The notes under the pieces are model-generated. The model ran no database searches. It saw nothing but the letters and a program-made list of their open reading frames with translations, and had not been told where the DNA came from. Both the position numbers and the translations under genes were made by a program. From Lingula anatina (Eukaryota > Animalia > Brachiopoda), in assembly GCA_051362555.1 (NCBI GenBank), contig CM120641.1:11160001-11224000 (forward strand): a DNA stretch of 64,000 nucleotides, given 5' to 3'. Positions 12,001-24,000 of the stretch are shown in pieces; the first letter of the stretch is position 1; each line of letters opens with the position of its first letter.

Positions 12001-15000
12001 GTTGTAGTCTCTTGTGCAGTCACACCAGAGGCTTGTGTTGTAACATCTGCAGCTGCTGTGGTGCTTGCATCAGTAACAGAAGCTGTCTGTGCCTGTGTGG
12101 TTACATCGGCAGCAGCAGTAGTCTGGGCTTGAGTTGTTGTTACATGTGAAGTTACATCACCTGCGACAGTTGTAGTCACTTGTGCAGTCACACCAGAGGC
12201 TTGTGTTGTAACATATGCAGCTGCTGTGGTGCTTGCATCAGTAACAGCAGCTGTCTGTGCCTGTGTGGTTACATCGGCAGCAGCAGTAGTCTGAGCTTGA
12301 GTTGTTGCTTCCTGTGAAGTTACATCACCTGCGACAGTTGTAGTCTCTTGTGCAGTCACACCAGAGGCTTGTGTTGTAACATCTGCAGCTGCTGTGGTGC
12401 TTGCATCAGTAACAGCAGCTGTCTGTGCCTGTGTGGTTACATCGGCAGCAGCAGTAGTCTGGGCTTGAGTTGTTGCTGCCTGTGAAGTTACATCACCTGC
12501 GACAGTTGTAGTCTCTTGTGCACTCACACCAGAGGCTTGTGTTGTAACATCTGCAGCTGCTGTGGTGCTTGCATCAGTAACAGCAGCTGTCTGTGCCTGT
12601 GTGGTTACATCGGCAGCAGCAGTAGTCTGGGCTTGAGTTGTTGCTACCTGTGAAGTTACATCACCTGCGACAGTTGTAGTCTCTTGTGCAGTCACACCAG
12701 AGGCTTGTGTTGTAACATCTGCAGCTGCTGTGGTGCTTGCATCAGTAACAGCAGCTGTCTGTGCCTGTGTGGTTACATCGGCAGCAGCAGTAGTCTGGGC
12801 TTGAGTTGTTGCTGCCTGTGAAGTTACATCACCTGCGACAGTTGTAGTCTCTTGTGCAGTCACACCAGAGGCTTGTGTTGTAACATCTGCAGCTGCTGTG
12901 GTGCTTGCATCAGTAACAGAAGCTGTCTGTGCCTGTGTGGTTACATCGGCAGCAGCAGTAGTCTGGGCTTGAGTTGTTGCTGCCTGTGAAGTTACATCAC
13001 CTGCGACAGTTGTAGTCTCTTGTGCACTCACACCAGAGGCTTGTGTTGTAACATCTGCAGCTGCTGTGGTGCTTGCATCAGTAACAGCAGCTGTCTGTGC
13101 CTGTGTGGTTACATCGGCAGCAGCAGTAGTCTGGGCTTGAGTTGTTGCTGCCTGTGAAGTTACATCACCTGCAACAGTTGTAGTCTCTTGTGCAGTCACA
13201 CCAGAGGCTTGTGTTGTAACATCTGCAGCTGCTGTGGTGCTTGCATCAGTAACAGCAGCTGTCTGTGCCTGTGTGGTTACATCGGCAGCAGCAGTAGTCT
13301 GGGCTTGAGTTGTTGCTACCTGTGAAGTTACATCACCTGCGACAGTTGTAGTCTCTTGTGCAGTCACACCAGAGGCTTGTGTTGTAACATCTGCAGCTGC
13401 TGTGGTGCTTGCATCAGTAACAGCAGCTGTCTGTGCCTGTGTGGTTACATCGGCAGCAGCAGTAGTCTGGGCTTGAGTTGTTGCTGCTTGTGAAGTTACA
13501 TCACCTGCGACAGTTGTAGTCTCTTGTGCTGTCACACCAGAGGCTTGTGTTGTAACATCTGCAGCTGCTGTGGTGCTTGCATCAGTAACAGCAGCTGTCT
13601 GTGCCTGTGTGGTTACATCGGCAGCAGCAGTAGTCTGGGCTTGAGTTGTTGCTACCTGTGAAGTTACATCACCTGCCACAGTTGTAGTCTCTTGTGCAGT
13701 CACACCAGAGGCTTGTGTTGTAACATCTGCAGCTGCTGTGGTGCTTGCATCAGTAACAGCAGCTGTCTGTGCCTGTGTGGTTACATCGGCAGCAGCAGTA
13801 GTCTGAGCTTGAGTTGTTGCTGCCTGTGAAGTTACATCACCTGCGACAGTTGTAGTCTCTTGTGCAGTCACACCAGAGGCTTGTGTTGTAACATCTGCAG
13901 CTGCTGTGGTGCTTGCATCAGTAACAACAGCTGTCTGTGCCTGTGTGGTTACATCGGCAGCAGCAGTAGTCTGGGCTTGAGTTGTTGCTGCCTGTGAAGT
14001 TACATCACCTGCGACAGTTGTAGTCTCTTGTGCAGTCACACCAGAGGCTTGTGTTGTAACATCTGCAGCTGCTGTGGTGCTTGCATCAGTAACAGCAGCT
14101 GTCTGTGCCTGTGTGGTTACATCGGCAGCAGCAGTAGTCTGGGCTTGAGTTGTTGCTGCCTGTGAAGTTACATCACCTGCGACAGTTGTAGTCTCTTGTG
14201 CAGTCACACCAGAGGCTTGTGTTGTAACATCTGCAGCTGCTGTGGTGCTTGCATCAGTAACAGAAGCTGTCTGTGCCTGTGTGGTTACATCGGCAGCAGC
14301 AGTAGTCTGGGCTTGAGTTGTTGTTACATGTGAAGTTACATCACCTGCGACAGTTGTAGTCACTTGTGCAGTCACACCAGAGGCTTGTGTTGTAACATAT
14401 GCAGCTGCTGTGGTGCTTGCATCAGTAACAGCAGCTGTCTGTGCCTGTGTGGTTACATCGGCAGCAGCAGTAGTCTGAGCTTGAGTTGTTGCTTCCTGTG
14501 AAGTTACATCACCTGCGACAGTTGTAGTCTCTTGTGCAGTCACACCAGAGGCTTGTGTTGTAACATCTGCAGCTGCTGTGGTGCTTGCATCAGTAACAGC
14601 AGCTGTCTGTGCCTGTGTGGTTACATCGGCAGCAGCAGTAGTCTGGGCTTGAGTTGTTGCTGCCTGTGAAGTTACATCACCTGCGACAGTTGTAGTCTCT
14701 TGTGCAGTCACACCAGAGGCTTGTGTTGTAACATCTGCAGCTGCTGTGGTGCTTGCATCAGTAACAGCAGCTGTCTGTGCCTGTGTGGTTACATCGGCAG
14801 CAGCAGTAGTCTGGGCTTGAGTTGTTGCTGCCTGTGAAGTTACATCACCTGCGACAGTTGTAGTCTCTTGTGCAGTCACACCAGAGGCTTGTGTTGTAAC
14901 ATCTGCAGCTGTTGTGGTACTTGCATCAGTAACAGCAGCTGTCTGTGCCTGTGTGGTTACATCGGCAGCAGCAGTAGTCTGGGCTTCAGTTGTTGCTGCC

Positions 15001-18000
15001 TGTGAAGTTACATCACCTGAAACAGTTGAAGTCTCTTGTGCAGTCACAACAGAGGCTTGTGTTGTAACATCTGCAGCTGCTGTGGTGCTTGCATCAGTAA
15101 CAGCAGCTGTCTGTGCCTGTGTGGTTACATCCGCAGCAGCAGAAGTCTGGGCTTGAGTTGTTGCTGCCTGTGAAGTTACATCACCTGCGACAGTTGAAGT
15201 CTCTTGTGCAGTCACACCAGAGGCTTGTGTTGCAACATCTGCAGCTGCTGTGGTGCTTACATCAGTAACAGCAGCTGTCTGTGCCTGTGTGGTTACATCG
15301 GCAGCAGCAGTAGTCTGGGCTTGAGTTGTTGCTGCCTGTGAAGTTACATCACCTGCGACAGTTGTAGTCTCTTGTGCAGTCACACCAGAGGCTTGTGTTG
15401 TAACATCTGCAACTGCTGTGGTGCTTGCATCAGTAACAGCAGCTGTCTGTGCCTGTGTGGTTACATCGGCTGCAGCGGTAGTCTGGGCTTGAGTTGTTGC
15501 TGCCTGTGAAGTTACATCACCTGCCACAGTTGTAGTCTCTTGTGCAGTCACACCAGAGGCTGGTGTTGTAACATCTGCACCTGTTGTGGTGCTTGCATCA
15601 GTAACAGCAGCTGTCTGTGCCTGTGTGGTTACATCGGCAGCAGCAGTAGTCTGGGCTTCATTTGTTGCTGCCTGTGAAGTTACATCACCTGCGACAGTTG
15701 TAGTCTCTTGTGCAGTCACACCAGAGGTTTGTGTTGTAACATCTGCAGCTGCTGTGGTGCTTGCATCAGTAACAGCAGCTGTCTGTGCCTGTGTGGTTAC
15801 ATCGGCAGCAGCAGTAGTCTGGGCTTGAGTTGTTGCTGCCTGTGAAGTTACATCACCTGCGACAGTTGCAGTCTCTTGTGCAGTCACACCAGAGGCTTGT
15901 GTTGTAACATCTGCAGCTGCTGTGGTGCTTGCATCAGTAACAGCAGCTGTCTGTGCCTGTGTGGTTACATCGGCCGCAGCAGTAGTCTGGGCTTGAGTTG
16001 TTGCTGCCTGTGAAGTTACTTCACCTGCGACAGTTGTAGTCTCTTGTGCAGTCACACCAGAGGCTTGTGTTGTAACATCTGCAGCTGCTGTGGTGCTTGC
16101 ATCAGTAACTGCAGCTGTCTGTGCCTGTGTGGTTACATCGGCAGCAGCAGTAGTCTGGGCTTGAGTTGTTGCTGCCTGTGAAGTTACATCACCTGCGACA
16201 GTTGTAGTCTCTTGTGCAGTCACACCAGAGGCTTGTGTTTTAACATCTGCAGCTGCTGTGGAGCTTGCATCAGTAACTGCAGCTGTCTGTGCCTGTGTGG
16301 TTACATCGGCAGCAGCAGTAGTCTGGGCTTGAGTTGTTGCTGCCTGTGAAGTTACATCACCTGCGACAGTTGTAGTCTCTTGTGCAGTCACACCAGAGGC
16401 TTGTGTTGTAACATCTGCAGCTGCTGTGTTGCTTGCATCAGTAACAGCAGCTGTCTGTGCCTGTGTGGTTACATCGGCAGCAGTAGTAGTCTGGGCTTGA
16501 GTTGTTGCTGCCTGTGAAGTTACATCACCTGCCACAGTTGTAGTCTCTTGTGCAGTTACACCAGAGGCTTGTGTTGTAACATCTGCAGCTGCTGTGGTGC
16601 TTGCATCAGTAACAGCAGCTGTCTGTGCCTGTGTGGTTACATCGGCAGCAGCAGTAGTCTGGGCTTCATTTGTTGCTGCCTGTGAAGTTACATCACCTGC
16701 GACAGTTGTAGTCTCTTGTGCAGTCACACCAGAGGCTTGTGTTGTAACATCTGCAGCTGCTGTGGTGCTTGCATCAGTAACAGCAGCTGTCTGTGCCTGT
16801 GTGGTTACATCAGCTGCAGCAGTAGTCTGGGCTTGAGTTGTTGCTGCCTGTGAAGTTACATCACCTGCAACAGTTGTAGTCTCTTGTGCAGTCACACCAG
16901 AGGCTTGTGTTGTAACATCTGCAGCTGCTGTGGTGCTTGCATCAGTAACAGCAGCTGTCTGTGCCTGTGTGGTTACATCGGCAGCAGCGGTAGTCTGGGC
17001 TTGAGTTGTTGCTGCCTGTGAAGTTACATCACCTGCAACAGTTGTTGTCTCTTGTGCAGTCACACCAGAGGCTTGTGTTGTAACATCTGCAGCTGCTGTG
17101 GTGCTTGCATCAGTATCAGCAGCTGTCTGTGCCTGTGTGGTTACATCGGCAGCAGCAGTAGTCTGGGCTTGAGTTGTTGCTGCCTGTGAAGTTACATCAC
17201 CTGCGATAGTTGTAGTCTCTTGTGCAGTAACACCAGAGGCTTGTGTTGTAACATCTTCAGCTGCTGTGGTGCTTGCATCAGTAACAGAAGCTGTCTGTGC
17301 CTGTGTGGTTACATCGGCAGCAGTAGTAGTCTGTGCTTGAGTTGTTGCTGCCTGTGAAGTTACATCACCTGCCACAGTTGTAGTCTCTTGTGCAGTCACA
17401 CCAGAGGCTGGTGTTGTAACATCTGCACCTGTTGTGGTGCTTGCATCAGTAACAGCAGCTGTTTGTGCCTGTGTGGTTACATCGGCAGCAGCAGTAGTCT
17501 GGGCTTCATTTGTTGCTGCCTGTGAAGTTACATCACCTGCGACAGTTGTAGTCTCTTGTGCAGTCACACCAGAGGCTTGTGTTGTAACATCTGCAGCTGC
17601 TGTGGTGCTTGCATCAGTAACAGCAGCTGTCTGTGCCTGTGTGGTTACATCGGCAGCAGCAGTAGTCTGGGCTTGAGTTGTTGCTGCTTGTGAAGTTACA
17701 TCACCTGCGACAGTTGTAGTCTCTTGTGCTGTCACACCAGAGGCTTGTGTTGTAACATCTGCAGCTGCTGTGGTGCTTGCATCAGTAACAGCAGCTGTCT
17801 GTGCCTGTGTGGTTACATCGGCCGCAGCAGTAGTCTGGGCTTGAGTTGTTGCTACCTGTGAAGTTACTTCACCTGCGACAGTTGTAGTCTCTTGTGCAGT
17901 CACACCAGAGGCTTGTGTTGTAACATCTGCAGCTGCTGTGGTGCTTGCATCAGTAACTGCAGCTGTCTGTGCCTGTGTGGTTACATCGACAGCAGCAGTA

Positions 18001-21000
18001 GTCTGGGCTTGAGTTGTTGCTGCCTGTGAAGTTACATCACCTGCGACAGTTGTAGTCTCTTGTGCAGTCACACCAGAGGCTTGTGTTTTAACATCTGCAG
18101 CTGCTGTGGTGCTTGCATCAGTAACTGCAGCTGTCTGTGCCTGTGTGGTTACATCGGCAGCAGCAGTAGTCTGGGCTTGAGTTGTTGCTGCCTGTGAAGT
18201 TACATCACCTGCGACAGTTGTAGTCTCTTGTGCAGTCACACCAGAGGCTTGTGTTGTAACATCTGCAGCTGCTGTGGTGCTTGCATCAGTAACAGCAGCT
18301 GTCTGTGCCTGTGTGGTTACATCGGCAGCAGTAGTAGTCTGGGCTTGAGTTGTTGCTGCCTGTGAAGTTACATCACCTGTTACAGTTGTAGTCTCTTGTG
18401 CAGTCACACCAGAGGCTGGTGTTGTAACATCTGCACCTGTTGTGGTGCTTGCATCAGTAACAGCAGTTGTCTGTGCCTGTGTGGTTACATCGGCAGCAGC
18501 AGTAGTCTGGGCTTCATTTGTTGCTGCCTGTGAAGTTACATCACCTGCGACAGTTGTAGTCTCTTGTGCAGTCACACCAGAGGCTTGTGTTGTAACATCT
18601 GCAGCTGCTGTGGTGCTTGCATCAGTAACAGCAGCTGTCTGTGCCTGTGTGGTTACATCAGCTGCAGCAGTAGTCTGGGCTTGAGTTGTTGCTGCCTGTG
18701 AAGTTACATCACCTGCAACAGTTGTAGTCTCTTGTGCAGTCACACCAGAGGCTTGTGTTGTAACATCTGCAGCTGCTGTGGTGCTTACATCAGTAACAGC
18801 AGCTGTCTGTGCCTGTGTGGTTACATCGGCAGCAGCGGTAGTCTGGGCTTGAGTTGTTGCTGCCTGTGAAGTTACATCACCTGCGACAGTTGTTGTCTCT
18901 TGTGCAGTCACACCAGAGGCTTGTGTTGTAACATCTGCAGCTGCTGTGGTGCTTGCATCAGTATCAGCAGCTGTCTGTGCCTGTGTGGTTACATCGGCAG
19001 CAGCAGTAGTCTGGGCTTGAGTTGTTGCTGCCTGTGAAGTTACATCACCTGCGATAGTTGTAGTCTCTTGTGCAGTAACACCAGAGGCTTGTGTTGTAAC
19101 ATCTTCAGCTGCTGTGGTGCTTGCATCAGTAACAGAAGCTGTCTGTGCCTGTGTGGTTACATCGGCAGCAGTAGTAGTCTGTGCTTGAGTTGTTGCTGCC
19201 TGTGAAGTTACATCACCTGCCACAGTTGTAGTCTCTTGTGCAGTCACACCAGAGGCTGGTGTTGTAACATCTGCACCTGTTGTGGTGCTTGCATCAGTAA
19301 CAGCAGCTGTCTGTGCCTGTGTGGTTACATCGGCAGCAGCAGTAGTCTGGGCTTCATTTGTTGCTGCCTGTGAAGTTACATCACCTGCGACAGTTGTAGT
19401 CTCTTGTGCAGTCACACCAGAGGCTTGTGTTGTAACATCTGCAGCTGCTGTGGTGCTTGCATCAGTAACAGCAGCTGTCTGTGCCTGTGTGGTTACATCG
19501 GCAGCAGCAGTAGTCTGGGCTTGAGTTGTTGCTGCCTGTGAAGTTACATCACCTGCGACAGTTGTAGTCTCTTGTGCAGTCACACCAGAGGCTTGTGTTG
19601 TAACATCTGCAGCTGCTGTGGTGCTTGCATCAGTAACAGCAGCTGTCTGCGCCTGTGTGGTTACATCGGCCGCAGCAGTAGTCTGGGCTTGAGTTGTTGC
19701 TGCCTGTGAAGTTACTTCACCTGCGACAGTTGTAGTCTCTTGTGCAGTCACACCAGAGGCTTGTGTTGTAACATCTGCAGCTGCTGTGGTGCTTGCATCA
19801 GTAACTGCAGCTGTCTGTGCCTGTGTGGTTACATCGGCAGCAGCAGTAGTCTGGGCTTGATTTGTTGCTGCCTGTGAAGTTACATCACCTGCGACAGTTG
19901 TAGTCTCTTGTGCAGTCACACCAGAGGCTTGTGTTTTAACATCTGCAGCTGCTGTGGTGCTTGCATCAGTAACTGCAGCTGTCTGTGCCTGTGTGGTTAC
20001 ATCGGCAGCAGCAGTAGTCTGGGCTTGAGTTGTTGCTGCCTGTGAAGTTACATCACCTGCGACAGTTGTAGTCTCTTGTGCAGTCACACCAGAGGCTTGT
20101 GTTGTAACATCTGCAGCTGCTGTGGTGCTTGCATCAGTAACAGCAGCTGTCTGTGCCTGTGTGGTTACATCGGCAGCAGTAGTAGTCTGGGCTTGAGTTG
20201 TTGCTGCCTGTGAAGTTACATCACCTGCCACAGTTGTAGTCTCTTGTGCAGTCACACCAGAGGCTGGTGTTGTAACATCTGCACCTGTTGTGGTGCTTGC
20301 ATCAGTAACAGCAGCTGTCTGTGCCTGTGTGGTTACATCGGCAGCAGCAGTAGTCTGGGCTTCATTTGTTGCTGCCTGTGAAGTTACATCACCTGCGACA
20401 GTTGTAGTCTCTTGTGCAGTCACACCAGAGGCTTGTGTTGTAACATCTGCAGCTGCTGTGGTGCTTGCATCAGTAACAGCAGCTGTCTGTGCCTGTGTGG
20501 TTACATCGGCAGCAGCAGTAGTCTGGGCTTGAGTTGTTGCTGCCTGTGAAGTTACATCACCTGCGACAGTTGTAGTCTCTTGTGCAGTCACACCAGAGGC
20601 TTGTGTTGTAACATCTGCAGCTGCTGTGGTGCTTGCATCAGTAACTGCAGCTGTCTGTGCCTGTGTGGTTACATCGGCAGCAGCAGTAGTCTGGGCTTGA
20701 GTTGTTGCTGCCTGTGAAGTTACATCACCTGCCACAGTTGTAGTCTCTTGTGCAGTCACACCAGAGGCTTGTGTTGTAACATCTGCAGCTGCTGTGGTGC
20801 TTGCATCAGTAACAGCAGCTGTCTGTGCCTGTGTGGTTACATCGGCAGCAGTAGTAGTTTGGGCTTGAGTTGTTGCTGCCTGTGAAGTTACATCACCTGC
20901 CACAGTTGTAGTCTCTTGTGCAGTCACACCAGAGGCTGGTGTTGTAACATCTGCACCTGTTGTGGTGCTTGCATCAGTAACAGCAGCTGTCTGTGCCTGT

Positions 21001-24000
21001 GTGGTTACATCGGCAGCAGCAGTAGTCTGGGCTTCATTTGTTGCTGCCTGTGAAGTTACATCACCTGCGACAGTTGTAGTCTCTTGTGCAGTCACACCAG
21101 AGGCTTGTGTTGTAACATCTGCAGCTGCTGTGGTGCTTGCATCAGTAACAGCAGCTGTCTGTGCCTGTGTGGTTACATCAGCTGCAGCAGTAGTCTGGGC
21201 TTGAGTTGTTGCTGCCTGTGAAGTTACATCACCTGCAACAGTTGTAGTCTCTTGTGCAGTCACACCAGAGGCTTGTGTTGTAACATCTGCAGCTGCTGTG
21301 GTGCTTGCATCAGTAACAGCAGCTGTCTGTGCCTGTGTGGTTACATCGGCAGCAGCAGTAGTCTGGGCTTGAGTTGTTGCTGCCTGTGAAGTTACATCAC
21401 CTGCGACAGTTGTAGTCTCTTGTGCAGTCACACCAGAGGCTTGTGTTTTAACATATGCAGCTGCTGTGGTGCTTGCATCAGTAACTGTAGCTGTCTGTGC
21501 CTGTGTGGTTACATCGGCAGCAGCAGTAGTCTGGGCTTGAGTTGTTGCTGCCTGTGAAGTTACATCACCTGCGACAGTTGTAGTCTCTTGTGCAGTCACA
21601 CCAGAGGCTTGTGTTGTAACATCTGCAGCTGCTGTGGTGCTTGCATCAGTAACAGCAGCTGTCTGTGCCTGTGTGGTTACATCGGCAGCAGCAGTAGTCT
21701 GGGCTTGAGTTGTTGCTGCCTGTGAAGTTACATCACCTGCGACAGTTGTAGTCTCTTGTGCAGTCACACCAGAGGCTTGTGTTGTAACATCTGCAGCTGC
21801 TGTGGTGCTTGCATCAGTAACAGCAGCTGTCTGTGCCTGTGTGGTTACATCGGCAGCAGCAGTAGTCTGGGCTTGAGTTGTTGCTGCCTGTGAAGTTACA
21901 TCACCTGCCACAGTTGTAGTCTCTTGTGCAGTCACACCAGAGGCTGGTGTTGTAACATCTGCACCTGCTGTGGTGCTTGCATCAGTAACAGCAGCTGTCT
22001 GTGTCTGTGTGGTTACATCGGCAGCAGCAGTAGTCTGGGCTTCATTTGTTGCTGCCTGTGAAGTTACATCACCTGCGACAGTTGTAGTCTCTTGTGCAGT
22101 CACACCAGAGGCTTGTGATGTAACATCTGCAGCTGCTGTGGTGCTTGCATCAGTAACAGCAGCTGTCTGTGTGGTTACATCGGCAGCAGCAGTAGTCTGG
22201 GCTTGAGTTGTTGCTGCCTGTGAAGTTACTTCACCTGCGACAGTTGTAGTCTTTTGTGCAGACACACCAGAGGCTTGTGTTGTAACATCTGCAGCTGCTG
22301 TGGTGCTTGCATCAGTAACAGCAGCTGTCTGTGCCTGTGTGGTTACATCGGCAGCAGCAGTAGTCTGGGCTTGAGTTGTTGCTGCCTGTGAAGTTACATC
22401 ACCTGCGACAGTTGTAGTCTCTTGTGCAGTCACACCAGAGGCTTGTGTTGTAACATCTGCAGCTGCTGTGGTGCTTGTATCAGTAACAGCAGCTGTCTGC
22501 GCCTGTGTGGTTACATCGGCCGCAGCAGTAGTCTGGGCTTGAGTTGTTGCTGCCTGTGAAGTTACATCACCTGCGACAGTTGTAGTCTCTTGTGCAGTCA
22601 CACCAGAGGCTTGTGTTGTAACATCTGCAGCTGCTGTGGTGCTTGCATCAGTAACAGCAGCTGTCTGTGCCTGTGTGGTTACATCGGCAGCAGCAGTAGT
22701 CTGGGCTTGAGTTGTTGCTGCCTGTGAAGTTACATCACCTGCCACAGTTGTAGTCTCTTGTGCAGTCACACCAGAGGCTGGTGTTGTAACATCTGCACCT
22801 GCTGTGGTGCTTGCATCAGTAACAGCAGCTGTCTGTGCCTGTGTGGTTACATCGGCAGCAGCAGTAGTCTGGGCTTCATTTGTTGCTGCCTGTGAAGTTA
22901 CATCACCTGCGACAGTTGTAGTCTCTTGTGCAGTCACACCAGAGGCTTGTGTTGTAACATCTGCAGCTGCTGTGGTGCTTGCATCAGTAACAGCAGCTGT
23001 CTGTGCCTGTGTGGTTACATCGGCAGCAGCAGTAGTCTGGGCTTGAGTTGTTGCTGCCTGTGAAGTTACATCACCTGCGACAGTTGTAGTCTCTTGTGCA
23101 GTCACACCAGAGGCTTGTGTTGTAACATCTGCAGCTGCTGTGGTGCTTGCATCAGTAACAGCAGCTGTCTGTGCCTGTGTGGTTACATCGGCAGCAGCAG
23201 TAGTCTGGGCTTGAGTTGTTGCTGCCTGTGAAGTTACATCACCTGCGACAGTTGTAGTCTCTTGTGCAGTCACACCAGAGGCTTGTGTTGTAACATCTGC
23301 AGCTGCTGTGGTGCTTGCATCAGTAACAGCAGCTGTCTGTGCCTGTGTGGTTACATCGGCAGCAGCAGTAGTCTGGGCTTGAGTTGTTGCTGCCTGTGAA
23401 GTTACATCACCTGCGACAGTTGTAGTCTCTTGTGCAGTCACACCTGAGGCTTGTGTTGTAACATCTGCAGCTGCTGTGGTGCTTGCATCAGTAACAGCAG
23501 CTGTCTGTGCCTGTGTGGTTACATCGGCAGGAGCAGTAGTCTGGGCTTGAGTTGTTGCTGCCTGTGAAGTTACATCACCTGCGACAGTTGTAGTCTCTTG
23601 TGCAGTCACACCAGAGGCTTGTGTTGTAACATCTGCAGCTGCTGTGGTGCTTGCATCAGTAACAGCAGCTGTCTGTGCCTGTGTGGTTACATCGGCAGCA
23701 GCAGTAGTCTGGGCTTGAGTTGTTGCTGCCTGTGAAGTTACATCACCTGCCACAGTTGTAGTCTCTTGTGCAGTCACACCAGAGGCCTGTGTTGTAACAT
23801 CTGCAGCTGCTGTGGTGCTTGCATCAGTAACAGCAGCTGTCAGTGCCTGTGTGGTTACATCGGCAGCAGCAGTAGTCTGGGCTTGAGTTGTTGCTGCCTG
23901 TGAAGTTACATCACCTGCGACAGTTGTAGTCTCTTGTGCAGTCACACCAGACGCTTGTGTTGTAACATCTGCAGCTGCTGTTGTGCTTGCATCAGTAACA

